Source: Glaucostegus cemiculus (taxonomy: Eukaryota). From it: DNA of 64,000 nucleotides. The position numbers were made by a program, and so were the translations under genes. Every line of letters starts with the position of its first letter. Positions within the stretch are counted from its first letter, which is position 1. The stretch spans positions 6,572,001 through 6,636,000 of the forward strand of contig CDPCPM010000013.1 of NCBI GenBank assembly GCA_976551045.1. The letters are read 5' to 3'. Shown here in pieces: positions 35,701 through 47,930 of the stretch. The notes under the pieces are model-generated. The model made no database searches, was not told the DNA's origin, and saw only the letters and a list, made by a program, of their open reading frames with translations.

Positions 35701-38125
35701 TGGTCTGTCCTGTATGGAGTTACGTGGGGTGGAACTCCCTTAAGATATTTTCTTATTTCTTTAGTTGAAGGTGCATGATGAGAGTGATGTTGTAGAACAT
35801 TTCACCAAGTCTTCACAGAAAGAATTTGGAAAAGGAGTCACATTTTAGGGTCCTCTGATCCTGTTTTAAAATGAAATGTATTTACAAAAGTTTAAAAATA
35901 GTACTTGCAGAAAAGTAAATACAAAAGACTTTGAAATTTTTTAATCAATGAATATTAACAATAAGCAACTTCATAGTCAGATTTCAATATTAAAGATAGT
36001 TCCTACTAATTGTGTTAAGAGGTCCATGTTCCAGTTACACTATTTTAAAGAAAGAATATGCAAATATATCAGCTTATCATTGGGATTTGAACAACTTACT
36101 TGTATTAACTTCATAATATTTGAGTGTTAAATGTTTTATTTATCAGTACGGGAAATTTCAATTTAAAATGAATAAGTACCTTATTTATCACTTATTTATA
36201 TAATCCATGGGAAATATATGTACCTGAGGTATTTCTTGGGTTATACAGTACCATGCACATTTGCTTTTGCAAGCTCAGTTGGAGAAATACGTTATCAGCA
36301 AATAGTTTGTCTACAGTACAAATACTATTGCACAGTCCTTTAGCAATCTATCTGATCGTCAGCGACACCTAAAGTAGTTTTTTACTATTACAAATGACCT
36401 TTTATAACATCATGTTGCAAGGTTTTGGATTAGATGTTGTTATCATTATTGGTCTGATTCCAAATTTAGTGTGCAAAAAAAAACAATAGGTTCAAATTTA
36501 GCAGCTCATGGGAAAAAACGCACCATCCCAGTTTGTTTCCATATTCACTATGACAGTTTCCATTAACTGTCTGATAAAGCTCCAGCTGAAAGAAAATGAA
36601 GAAAAAACTCAGTCACTGGCGCTTCAGCCTAAACTATTGAACATTTAAAATCACTTCTTACTGATAAGGATTTTTCTTTCTTATTTCTTCCTTATTTTAG
36701 CCTGTTTCAAAGATTCACCACATTTAATGGAATAAAACCTGCATTGATGTTTCTGGTAAATAATCTGGCTTACTGTCAAATGCTGTAATTAGATCTGCTT
36801 TGAGGAAGAACATTGTTCACCAAAATAAGCCTTCTTTTGATGCCAAAGGAAATCAAATGGTAATCAAGGGCTGAGAACAGAGTAAATTTAAGAAGAAACC
36901 TTGACCTCCAACTCCAAGAGGGTGTCATATCCCCAGTGAACTACAACCTATCAACAGTTTGGGAATTCTGAGTCACTTGTATCAATCAATCTTGATAAAG
37001 AAACAGAATGCCATTTTTGTAGATTCATATTTATGTTAATACCTCTGATCTTGGTGCTTTTCCCAGCATGTTTCCTTTGCTTCCCAAAATGCATAGCTTT
37101 ACATCAACATCAACATCAGTATCAGGTAATATGCTCTCAAAGAAGTCAGATTATCAATAACAAGTTTCTGAAAGGTAGGAGGGCCTTGCTTCTGTAAATG
37201 GCATTGTATGGGGACCAAAACAAACCCCACTTCCTAACAACTAAACATTCATTAACGGCCTCTTGAACCATGGTCCCTGTTTTGACTAACTGTCAAAACT
37301 GTTTAAGAGATTGATTGTTTTGAATGTCTCTGACAATTGGATACAGCACAAACTATAAGATATATTTAAACCATTAACACATTTTACAAATTGTTAGTTA
37401 AAAAAATATATATTTGCAACACTTAAATATAATTAAGATACAAACCAATCAAAATATTTAATTGAACTACATTTAAAAACATTGGAAAATAACTAAAACT
37501 TACCTTTGTCCATCACAGTTGTTCACTCTTCAATGAATAGATAAGCCAGCGGTGCACCAGGCCTAACCTGCAGCAGATCATTTAGATGAATTTCCCAGCA
37601 TAAGTGGTGGGAAATAGCTACAAGTTTGGAACACATCGTTAGACTCCAAGGTCAGAGTAGGCTCTTGAACAGCTGCCAACAACTTTGGGAATTCCAGTTT
37701 GGCGTAAAAGTCCCAGAGTTGTTGTCAGTTCTACAGAGAACTGCCTTTATTTCCCTGCAAAGTCCACACAAGGATATTTTCTTGTATAACTTCTCATAAC
37801 TCAGTGGTGGTCTTCTTTGATTTCTAGTGCTCAGTTGTCTCTTACAACACAAAGAGGTATTCCTGATGTTATAATTCTTTGGATTAGAAATTCCATTGTA
37901 TGTTACAATGCCTTATACAATATTTGTTAGAAATTCTCTGAAAATTAATGCCAAGTGATATTGACGGCTTAAAACGCAGACGGATACTTTGGGAAACTGC
38001 ATTGGAGTCCACTGTGTGTTGGATATATTGATGTTCATAATGCTGCTGAGTCCACTGTCGTGATGTCAGTCAAAGTGCAATACATGACCAATGTATACAT
38101 GAACAAAGTGCATACATGAACAATG

Positions 38126-38252
38126 GTGTGTTCTAAACTTGTGCTGTACTGTTCTATGGTTCTATTTAGATAATCTTAGGAGTGGTTTGAAGATTGGCAC
38201 AACATGGTGGGCTGAAGTGTCTGTATTATGCTGTATTGTTCTATGTTCTATG
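38126..38252 (+). mobile_element. Two tandem very short CR1 3' ends
   Basis: TTGTGCTGTACTGTTCTATGGTTCTA followed by TTAGATAATCTT...GGCACAACATGGTGGGCTGAAG...TTCTATGTTCTATG, the copy C family tail. Confidence 0.75.
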
Positions 38253-38939
38253 ATTGCCATCACTGTGATAAATTGTAGCCTGAATACATGTTTTGCGAAT
38301 GGCAATAGCACAGACTACAGACAATGGTCTTTATCAGGTAGTTACAGGTGCAATAAGCTTCTTAGCTACCGTTGTACTCATAACATTATGGAGACCCTGC
38401 TGAAAGAGAAGGGAATTCATCTCCTTCCACATGAACGGAGAGCAACAGCACAGGGGAACATGGATTTTCCTGGATAATGGAAATCCCAAAGATTTATGGA
38501 ATGACAGAAAACGTATGTCTGTCATTATAGTCTTCACATGTGAACCTCAGTCTGTTTTGCAAAAGAGAGGGCTTTCACACTCTGAGCATACTATGTGACT
38601 ACTATCAAAATGACATTGCATTGCACCTGGGAAACTTTTATAATTTATTTGATCTGAGCAGGTTCAAATGCTTGCCATTGTTCAACCACTGTGCTGAATT
38701 AATCTATGATCTCTCCTGAATATATATCTCTTCTGTCTCATTCAGGCTTTTGCAAAAGTTAGACAACATATACTAAAGGGTGCCCAGCCACATTGAGGAG
38801 TGAGTTTCCATAATGCTAGAAGTATGATAGGGTGTTGTAAAAAGAGAAATGTGACATAGATCAACTGCTGCTACCTGAAGGCTAAGAAGTTCATTGCATC
38901 TGTGACCATCTGGGAAAGGAACATGGAGACCATCACTGG

Positions 38940-40878
38940 GATCACAAGATCACAAGATCACAAGATAATGGAGCAGAAGCAGGCCAGTTGGCCCATCGAG
39001 TCTGCTCCAAAGGGAAGGGAGGGTGGGGAGAAAAAAAAAACAAAAAAAAAACAAAAAAAAAAAACCTACTATTCTAAGTCCAAATCCCTGCCTTATCTCC
39101 ATATCCCTTGATACCTTGACCAATTAGATATCTATCTATTTCCTTCTTGAATATCCCCAATGATCTGGCTTCCACTGCTTTCTGTGGTAAGGAGTTCCAC
39201 AGGTTCACCACCCTCTGGCTAAAGAAATTCCTCCTTATCTCTGTTTTGAACCTGCTTCTTCTAATTCTAAGTTTGTGTCCTCTAGTCCTGGATTCCCCCA
39301 CCAAGGGAAACAGCTTGACCACATTCACTTGGTCCATTCCTTTCAACATCCTGTACGTTTCTATTAGGTCCCCTCTCATTCTTCTGTACTCCAACGAGTA
39401 CAGTCCAAGTGACGACAGTCGCTCGTCATATGTAAACTTTTTCATCCCAGGAATCATCCTAGTAAATCTCCTCTGAACCCTCTCCAACATCAGCACATCC
39501 TTCCTAAGGTATGGGGCCCAAAACTGCACACAGTACTCCAAGTGAGGCCTCACCAGTGCCCCGTATAGCCTCATCAACACTTCCTTGCTTTTATATACTA
39601 TACCCCTCGAAATAAATGCCAACATAGCATTCGCTTTCCTTACTGCCGATCCAACCTGGCGGTTAACCTTTAGGTTATCCTGTACGAGCACCCCTAAGTC
39701 CCTTTGTACTTCTGTGCTTCCAATTTTATCTCCTTCTAGATAATAGTCTGCCCTTCCATTTCTACTTCCGAAGTGTACAACTGCACATTTTTCCATGTTG
39801 AACCTCATCTGCCATTTCTTCGCCCATTCTCCTAGAATATCCAAGTCTCTCTGTAACTTTCCTGTCTCCTCAATACTCTCCACTCCTCCCCCAATCTTAG
39901 TGTCATCTGCAAACTTGGCCACAAACCCATTGACTCCTTCATCTAAATCATTAATATATAAGGTAAAAAGAAGGGGCCCCAACACCGACCCCTGCGGAAC
40001 ACCACTAGTAACCGGCAGCCAACCAGAACACGATCCTTTTATTCCCACCCTCTGTTTCCTGCCATCCAGCCAACTCTCCACCCATTCTGTTATCCTGCCA
40101 GTTATTCCGTGATCTCTCATCTTACTAATTAGTCTTTTGTGCGGCACCTTGTCGAATGCCTTCTGAAAGTCTAAATACACTACATCTACGGCCTCTCCCT
40201 TGTCCACCCTGCCTGAGATTTCTTCAAAAAACTCCAATAAATTGGTCAGGCAGGATCTTCCCTTCACGAATCCATGTTGACTAGGACCTATCTTGCCTTG
40301 CACCTCCATGTATCCCATCACCTCATCCTTGAGGATCGATTCAAGTATCTTCCCCACCACAGATGTAAGACTGATAGGTCTGTAATTTCCTCTGTGCTGT
40401 CTCCCACCTTTCTTATACAATGGAACTACATTCGCGACCCTCCAGTCCTCCGGCACCTCTCCAGCGTCTATCGATTCCTGAAAAATTATCACTAATGCCT
40501 CCACTATTTCTAGAGCTACTTCCTTCAGTACACGGGGATGTATCTCATCCGGTCCCGGAGACTTATCAGTCTTTAACCCATTTAGCTTCCCCAACACTTT
40601 CTCTCTCGTAACCTTAACTGTCTTTAATTCCGTCCCTCGAGACCCTTGACTAACCGGTATATTGTTAATATCTTCTACCGTGAAGACTGACGCAAAATAT
40701 TGATTTAGCACCTCCGCCATCTCTTTATCACCCATAATAATCTCTCCCGCCTCATTTTCTATCGGTCCTATATCAACCTGCGTCTCTCTTTTGCTTCTTA
40801 TATATTTAAAAAAACTCTTAGTATCCTTTTGAATGTTTTCTGCCAATTTCATTTCGTAATTTCTCTTTTCTTTTCTTG
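38940..40878 (-). mobile_element. Young 5'-truncated CR1 LINE copy D (sister subfamily of copy A)
   Basis: (TCTTGTGA)3 tail at 38940-38966, 3' stem-loop GGAGCAGA...TCTGCTCC, uninterrupted RT ORF, many CpGs retained. Confidence 0.95.
39074..40852 (-). CDS. Open CR1 ORF2 reverse-transcriptase frame (592 aa from the first internal ATG; no endonuclease domain)
   Basis: ORF track 39074-40939. CR1 homology starts at RKEKRNYE (~40876). Intact NYRPISLTS, YLDFQKAFDKVPH, SGVPQGSVLGP, KFADD and RDLGV. Probably a young insertion rather than a host gene. Confidence 0.8.
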   Translation of the reverse strand: MKLAENIQKDTKSFFKYIRSKRETQVDIGPIENEAGEIIMGDKEMAEVLNQYFASVFTVEDINNIPVSQGSRGTELKTVKVTREKVLGKLNGLKTDKSPGPDEIHPRVLKEVALEIVEALVIIFQESIDAGEVPEDWRVANVVPLYKKGGRQHRGNYRPISLTSVVGKILESILKDEVMGYMEVQGKIGPSQHGFVKGRSCLTNLLEFFEEISGRVDKGEAVDVVYLDFQKAFDKVPHKRLISKMRDHGITGRITEWVESWLDGRKQRVGIKGSCSGWLPVTSGVPQGSVLGPLLFTLYINDLDEGVNGFVAKFADDTKIGGGVESIEETGKLQRDLDILGEWAKKWQMRFNMEKCAVVHFGSRNGRADYYLEGDKIGSTEVQRDLGVLVQDNLKVNRQVGSAVRKANAMLAFISRGIVYKSKEVLMRLYGALVRPHLEYCVQFWAPYLRKDVLMLERVQRRFTRMIPGMKKFTYDERLSSLGLYSLEYRRMRGDLIETYRMLKGMDQVNVVKLFPLVGESRTRGHKLRIRRSRFKTEIRRNFFSQRVVNLWNSLPQKAVEARSLGIFKKEIDRYLIGQGIKGYGDKAGIWT

Positions 40879-40989
40879 AAACAAAGACCTTGTTAAAGGT
40901 CTTTAAAATACAGCTGAGAGATCTTTTACTATATCTCAATTAACATGGCTATAATGGGTGCCCAGCACTTGACCATTGTGCCACAGTGG

Positions 40990-41345
40990 TGGAGGAAGAG
41001 GAAGAGGAGGAAGAGATACAGTAGATGGGGATAGAGAAAAATGGATAGATGAATCAATAGACAAAGATAAAGGGAACTGATCACAGTTAGAGGAAAGTGG
41101 ATAGAGAGAAACGGATGGGGATAGACAGAAATAGATCAAGGCATAGAAAGAAACAGATAAGAACAGAAAAAAGGAAATATATCCTGATAGAGATGAATAA
41201 GCAAGGAGAGAAGGAAATAGGCATAGTTAGAAGCGGATAAGTACAAACAATTAGTGATCAAGAGAAATAAATGGATGGGGTTAGAGAGAATTAGAAAGAC
41301 AATGACAGATGGAAATAGAAAATATGGAGGTAGGTGGAAATAAAT
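40990..41345. repeat. Purine-rich low-complexity tract (GATAGA/GAGA-like)
   Basis: A/G-rich with recurrent ATAGA/GATGG motifs. Confidence 0.7.
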
Positions 41346-43079
41346 ACCTCACCATGGATAGCCGAGTTTAAAATGTTGTAAACTATAATAAAATTATTAT
41401 GCAACAGAGAATAATTAAAGTGGAATATATAAGTATAAAAGAATATAAACTGTCTCTGATTTTCTCTCATTGCTTCAGCTGATACACTTCTTTCACAGGA
41501 ATATTGACACTCAGCTGGTAGAGACACAGTATTGTTTTCATAAAACATTTACTCCCTAAGGTCTAATGTGGAAACATTTAAATTCATGTCTAAGAACAGA
41601 TTGAGATTCAATGAAACCCAAGGGCTTGTTCATCTCCTGTTACCAGCACCACCAATGGAGTACTTTCCTTTCTAATCCAGCACAGTGGTAGCTCCTGATT
41701 CTTTTACAAATCTTTCACACGTTCCTCACAAATTTATGGCCTATTGATGGAGTTCTGTGGGTGGTTTGAAACATCTGGAGGGCAATCCTTTAGAATGTGA
41801 TTTGCCCTCTTCAAAGACAAAGAATTGTGGCTTGGGTAGACCCTAAGCCACTGCAAAATGTGAAATCAGTGGAGAATAATGGACCTGTTCGACATGTATA
41901 TTCATTACTTACACTCAATTAGAAAAGAAGGAAAGGAATTGGTGCCAACCGGCTTCTTCTATCAACCCCATAAAAGTCATTCAGATTGTAACATAATGTT
42001 TCATTAGGGTAATTCTGTTTGTGGTGTATTAATGGCCTTGTCATGCATAACATCTATAAGCAGCAGCTGTCCCTTTTGTATGACTTCTTTAAATCCAGAT
42101 AGCTTGTTTAGTTGTGCACTTAAATAGGTTGTTTTCTAAAATCTTAAAAAGAGATTCTAATTTTAAGATTCTTATTTTTCTTTTTTCACTTTGCTCAAAT
42201 CACTTAACTGTTGAAACTTTTGCAAACATGTTCATATTAAAGTTCTAATTTTTAATCACCTTTTTCAGCCTTGCTTCACTTTCCCTTTGTTCTGTGCTGC
42301 CACACACCCTGAGTAGAAGAGGCTATGTGGTGAAGAACCTTTTTCTGCAACTGAAACATTGATGAGTCAGTGGAAGGCTCAGTTCAAGTGGGGTGACACA
42401 GACAATATTGGAATTTTCATCTCTCATTTTCTGAAGCTGAAATCCATTTTATTTCAGCAGCCTTACTGAAAATTGCTCAACTTTGAAAATATGCAGGGAG
42501 ACTTTTTCAGGTCAAGGAAGCACACTTCTGTGACTCACCTGTGTAACCATTATTCACATGTGAACCTACACAATGGATGTCAATAGGTTATTCAACCATG
42601 ATGGGCACTGCTGCTGAGATAAATCTTTTCTTCACTGAGTTCAACCAACAGGAATCCAAAGGCAGTGATCAGAAATGCACCAGCAGTTTTCTGTCCCTCT
42701 CTCCCTAGCTTGGAGTGAGCCACCATTACCACAGATGTGATCAACGCTTAGAATAGAGCAGGATCCAACCTAAGTTTTTCAATTTTCTTGCATCCAATTG
42801 CCTATCACACCATCAGTAAAGCTACTTGGGCTTTAGTTCATAATATTTTGAAGCATTAGAGGGACTTGACAGTGTCTTTCACATTTGCAACCTTGTTAGA
42901 ATTTCCAACATTTTCCGAGAAGTGCTCCTGAGCTGCCAAATACTGTTTCCTCCTTAATCTATTCTAAAATAACTGTAAGTGTACTGACTCCCAGTGGCTC
43001 CTGGTCCTGTGATGTCTCAATGTTAAACTTAATGCCTTTGCTCTCAAAACACTCTATAGCCTTTCTGCTTCACTAAGTC

Positions 43080-43380
43080 TCTGTAATCTTTCACCAGCCC
43101 TTTAACACCTTGTAGTCTGTACTTTTTCAAAGTTGCACATATCTGATTCTCATTGTTCCATCACTGACTGTCATGACTTCATCTGTCTAGCCCTCAGGTC
43201 CTGAAATACCTCCCTGAACCTTATATCTCCCACTCTCTCTGTTCCTTTACTTTGTTTTTTTTAAATCTATTGACTATAATTTTTGTCAGCCTTAAAATCT
43301 CCTTATGTGGCTCAACGTTAATGCTCCTGTACACCATTTTATTGCATTAAAGGTAAAATGCAAATACAAATTGTAATTTG
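43080..43380 (+). mobile_element. L2 3' end, degenerate
   Basis: CTCTGTAATCT..CCAGCCC...CTTCATCTGTCTAG..CC...CTCCTTATGTGGCTC...ATTAAAGGT...ATGCAAATACAAATTGT. Confidence 0.6.
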
Positions 43381-43654
43381 TGACGTAAATCACAAACTAT
43401 ATGGACATTGGGCTATAAAATATATAACTGTGTGGGAGACATGTACCAATTTTAGGTGTGGTCCCACCATTGTGGAGCTGCACAGGAAATCAGTTGGCTT
43501 GTGGACTAGGAATAGTTGGCAATGAAAAAGTCGGGCAAGAGTGGGGATAGGATCCGTGTGCCTTGGACAGGTGATTGAGCCAGGTTTGCTTAGAAAAGGA
43601 ATTGGAGATTGCAGATCAGCAAAGAAGTTCCTTGTCCAACCAAGTGGCATAGGG

Positions 43655-43935
43655 TGCAATTTCTATAGCTGCTGCCCGTGGCTCTTGTGATCTGAGTCTA
43701 ATATTGATTTCCGGTGTTCTCTGTGTGGAGTTTGCATATTCTCCCTGTGTTTGCATGGGTTTTCTCCAGGTGCTCTGGTTTCTTCCCACATGGACATTGA
43801 TAGATTAGTTGGCCACTGTAAATTGCCCCTAGTAAATGGTGGGATCTCAGGGGAGTTGATGGGAATTTGGGGAGAATAGGTTAAAGGGAAAAAGTGGAGA
43901 ATGGGATTGTCTTGTGACCTGGCATAGACTCAGTA
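43655..43935 (+). mobile_element. HE1-type V-SINE (tRNA-derived)
   Basis: V domain TCTGTGTGGAGTTTGCATATTCTCCCTGTG...GGGTTTTCTCCAGGTGCTCTGGTTTCTTCCCACA...ATTAGTTGGCCACTGTAAATTGCCCCTAG. Confidence 0.8.
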
Positions 43936-45459
43936 AGCAGATACAGAATTGGGAGAGGTTGGTGATGGGCAGATGGATGGTGGACAACAGACAATTGGTG
44001 GGAATTTGTGTTGCTTGGGCAACTGGATATTGGCGGTTAGGAGGTGGAAAGGTTTGAAACAAATTTTAAGAAAATCATTTGAAGGAGGGCCTACCTAAAG
44101 ATGATGCATTCCCTGTAACCACAGGATTGGGTCCCCTAAACAAGTGCCAAAGCAGGTCTTAACAATCCAACTAAGGCCAGCTTAAGTTGTGAACTGTGTT
44201 TGTACAGAACAACTTCAGGCAAGTGACAATAAAATGTACTATGGATCAGAAATGAATTCCAGGGGAACACGACACATAATCTAATCACCTAATTATCGCC
44301 ATTAGGTAATAAACTAAAAACAACACACAAGGTGATCAACTTTCTAGGCTGATATATATTGTTGGAGTTAATACAGTTTAAATAAGCAAATAAATGAAAT
44401 CAGCTCCAACATAAAATGTAGAACAGCTGGACTGCTTATTCTCTCAAAGTCAGAGTATGCGTAGTTATTAAAATGGCATAAGCTACCCATTGCAGTGCAT
44501 ACAGTTTGAATTGAAAGAAAAATCTAAATTGCATTTGTATTTTTCCAGAAGCTATTTCAGATTTAATTGTGAACAAACAGCATAAAATGATTCAGAATTT
44601 TTTCAGTTTCCATATCACACTAATGTTTTATTTTCTTGGATATGCTTGAACTATTCTGAAAGTGTGCTGAGGGTTTCTTTTATTTTTGAGCTGGACATAA
44701 AGCACACAGTCTCTTGTTATCTGAAGGATCAATGGGATTGCCCCTTATTTGGAAGTGGCACAGATCTGGTATACCATTTACTAAAGACCAATTGTTTCTT
44801 CAGTGAATTATTGTTGGTCAGTGAGGGTTTTTTTGGTGCCATTCTGTCTCATCTACATTTAATCCTTCCTGTGCTGGAAGTGTATGAAATGAAAAGTGGG
44901 TTTGTTTACTTTGTGTTGCTGGGGCAGGCCTAAGCTGCAGCTCAAGGAGGTGATCATAGTTCACGGATATACGTACTCAGACAGCTGATGAGGAATACCA
45001 GGAAAGGGGAGTAGAGTGTTGCAAGAGGAACAGGAAGACTGAAAAGCACAATTGAGAGACTGCACTATGAGTGACCACTGTGATTGATGAGAAATGACCT
45101 GGGAATTTCTGAAAACAGAACAGTGGTAAGCCATGCTTATATGTTCCTATAGCCTCTGGGGATGGCAAGGGCACAACACACAAACAAAATGATGTTGTGA
45201 AATATAAAACTGACTCAAGGAAATGGATTGCTAGTCACTTTTATACAATGAGATTGCCCCCACCACCAAATGCACCCCTCCTGAGCTATGGAATACTGTG
45301 TTACACTGTCAGGTAATTAATGCAATCAATCATAGACACAGTAGGCAATGGCTACTGTTTCAAGTCACTAAAAAGCAATCATCCTGGCCGCCTCTAAAGT
45401 TAGCTGTGACTCAAAAGTTAATTTCAGAATATGTCCCCAGCAATTCCTCAGCAAATTAA

Positions 45460-46235
45460 ACAATTCACATCTGCATGCAGTAAGACTGAGATGACAAATT
45501 CAGGTATGGACTAATACTGGCAAGTAAGATTCTCACCACCAAAGTGGCAATGGTAATCTCCACCAAGAGGCTAACCAGTACCCTTGACATTCACTGATAT
45601 TATTGCCCTTAACTTTATAGAGGTCACTATTGACCAGAAACTCAACTGGGCCAGCCATATAAATAATATAGCTACAACAGTCAGTGAGAAGCTGGTCACC
45701 TCGCAGTGAATGACTCATTTCCTGGCACTCCAAAGCCTTTCCACCATCTACAAGTCAGAACTGTGATGGAATATGTTCCACTTTCCTAGATGGGTACAGC
45801 TCCAGCAGCTTCCAAGATGCTCAGTACCATCCAGGTTAAAGCAACTGCTTAGCACCCCAACAGCTACCCTAAACATTCATTCCCTCCACCTCTGGCGAAT
45901 GTTAGTTATAGTGTGTACCATCTATACTGCAGTTATTCACCTAGCCTACTGTTACAGTGTGTTCCCAAACTGGCAACTTCTATCACCAAGATTGACAAGG
46001 CAGTAGGCACTCAGGAACATCCCAAGTTATCCACCATTCTGACTTGGAAATGTATTGCCAGGTTTTTTTTCATTGCTGAGACTAAGTTCTGGAATTTACA
46101 ACCCAGCAACATTGTGACAGTATCTCCTCCAGGAGGATTGCAGTGGTTCAAGAGAGTAGCTCACCACCACCTTCTTAAGGACAGTTATTGGGGCAATAAA
46201 GGCTGGCCTAGCCATTCATACCTGGAGTCTGAAAA
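45460..46235 (+). mobile_element. CR1-clade LINE 3' part (second lineage)
   Basis: GTCACTATTGACCAGAAACTCAACTGGGCCAGCCATATAAAT (VTIDQKLNWASHIN), TCCACCATCTACAAG, CAGTGGTTCAAG...GCTCACCACCACCTTCT, GGGCAATAAA. Confidence 0.75.
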
Positions 46236-46469
46236 GTTAATCAATTAAAAATGCATAATACATAATTATTAAGAATATTTAAGATAGGCAGAAAATATGT
46301 AGTACATAAACAAGTTCAGAAATCTAAAATGTCAAGCTTTTTATAGAATTGCCAACCAGGTGAAGAGACATGGAATCTGCTGCACAAGGACTGGGTAGAG
46401 CAAAATAACTATTAGGGTAACCTTGGTCTATCCAAAGGCTTGGCTAAAAGGTGAGCCATGTTTCTACTC

Positions 46470-46805
46470 AGGATGTAGAAGGATGCCATTTGGCCCATCA
46501 AGTCCATAGCAACTCACAAAGTATTCCCATCAATCCTCCACTTATTTCCTTGTAACATATTCTCTCTCACATGCCCATTGACTACTCTAACTTTACCCCT
46601 GATTCTCCTGATACTCACACTAGGGGTAATTTACAGCAGTCAATTAATCTACCAACCAGCATGTCTTTGAGACATGGAAGGAACACAGAGCACCCAGTAA
46701 TTACAGAGAGAAGTTGCAAATCCCACACACATTGCACCAAGGTCAGGATCGAACCTAAGTCACTGGACCTCTGCAGCAGCAACGTTAGGGCTGCACCACC
46801 AGAAC
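46470..46805 (-). mobile_element. HE1-type V-SINE with CR1-like tail
   Basis: Minus-strand GGTGGTGCAGC head, B box GGTTCGATCC (~46746-46755), V domain, and GACTTGATGGGCCAAATGGC tail. Confidence 0.8.
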
Positions 46806-46914
46806 CAGGTTAAATCCTAAACTGATGAATTAGTTTATCGCATATTCTGTGCCACTGCTCCACAGTAAAGAAAAAAAATTGACAGATGTTCCTGTTCCTG
46901 ATTGCCATTTTCTT

Positions 46915-47072
46915 TCGTTCAAGAGATTGTTAGATAGGCACATGGAAGAATGTGGAATAGTGGGATTTGTGGGAGGAAAGAGCTAAGTTGTGTGACGTTT
47001 GAAGGATGGCACAACTTGGTGGGCCGAAGGGCCTGTTTTGTGCTGTTTTGTTCTATGGTTCTATGGTTCTAA
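46915..47072 (+). mobile_element. Short CR1 3' end
   Basis: TTCAAGAGATTGTTAGATAGGCACATGG...GGCACAACTTGGTGGGCCGAAGGGCCTG...TTCTATGGTTCTATGGTTCTA. Confidence 0.8.
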
Positions 47073-47299
47073 GTATTGCTGTAAAGCAATAACTAGCTGC
47101 ATTATTATTGAGACACAATGGCATAAGTGATACACAGTTCATACACCAGGTAAGCATATTTTTAAGTAAATTTTCAACATCCATTTCTTACATGCAGACC
47201 TGTACAGGCAATTGTGAGGGTGATATTCAGAGATCTCATAGATACATGTATATACTCCAATAGATTGATGAGCAAGTAGCAACATAAATAACTTATGTT

Positions 47300-47930
47300 T
47301 AAAGTAGTAAAAAAAAAATCACAAGGCATGAAACAAATACTATACAATTTGAAGCATTTTAAATACTAAGCCATAGAAGGAGCTAACAGGACAGATGAAT
47401 CGAAAGCTTGGCCAAAGAGATATGACAGAAGTATAGAGAGTTGATAAGGCAAAGGTTTGAGCAGGAAACTTGCCCCGTGGCATTTGAACATACAGCTGCA
47501 AATGGTAGAGCAATTAAAATCAGAGATAGGTAAGAGGTTGCTGAGATAAGGAGGAAAGAGACTTTGGATGGGGCACTGTCAGGGCAAGTGTCAATGTGGA
47601 CATGGTTGGAGGGTAAATGAGACTTAAAGCGAGTTAAATTATGGGCAGCAGGAATTAGGATGAACACCTACACATCGGTTAGAAGATGGAAGGCTGGTTA
47701 GGAGAGTGTTAGAGATGTCAAGTCCAGAAGCTAAAGGCACAGATGGGTGTTTCATCAATAGTTGAGTTGGGATTGGACAATGACAAGGAAGCGGAAGTAG
47801 GAAGCTTTGATGTTGCAGCAGGTATATGTTTAGAAGTTCCTCTTGGGGTCAACACAAGACCAAGACTGCTAATGGTCTGATTCAACCTTAGATCATTGTT
47901 AAGAATAGAGACTGTGGGCCTGCAATGTTC
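47300..47930 (-). mobile_element. Highly degenerate L2 fragment
   Basis: CTAAGCCATAGAAGGAG...AAAGCTTGGCCAAAGAG...TCAAGTCCAGAAG..AAAGGCA...GGGGTCAACACAAGACCAAGACTGC. Confidence 0.5.

Noticed and set aside
37495-37860. Possible minus-strand exon ending at a strong AAG|GTAAGT donor near 37503
   Set aside because: No recognisable protein similarity (not ephrin-B or NALF-like by eye). More likely an ancient unclassified repeat or a chance site.
42420-42780. Ancient SINE-like segments here and at ~29040-29300, ~49520-49700 and ~50490-50620
   Set aside because: They resemble decayed tRNA-derived SINEs, but family and boundaries cannot be supported by eye.
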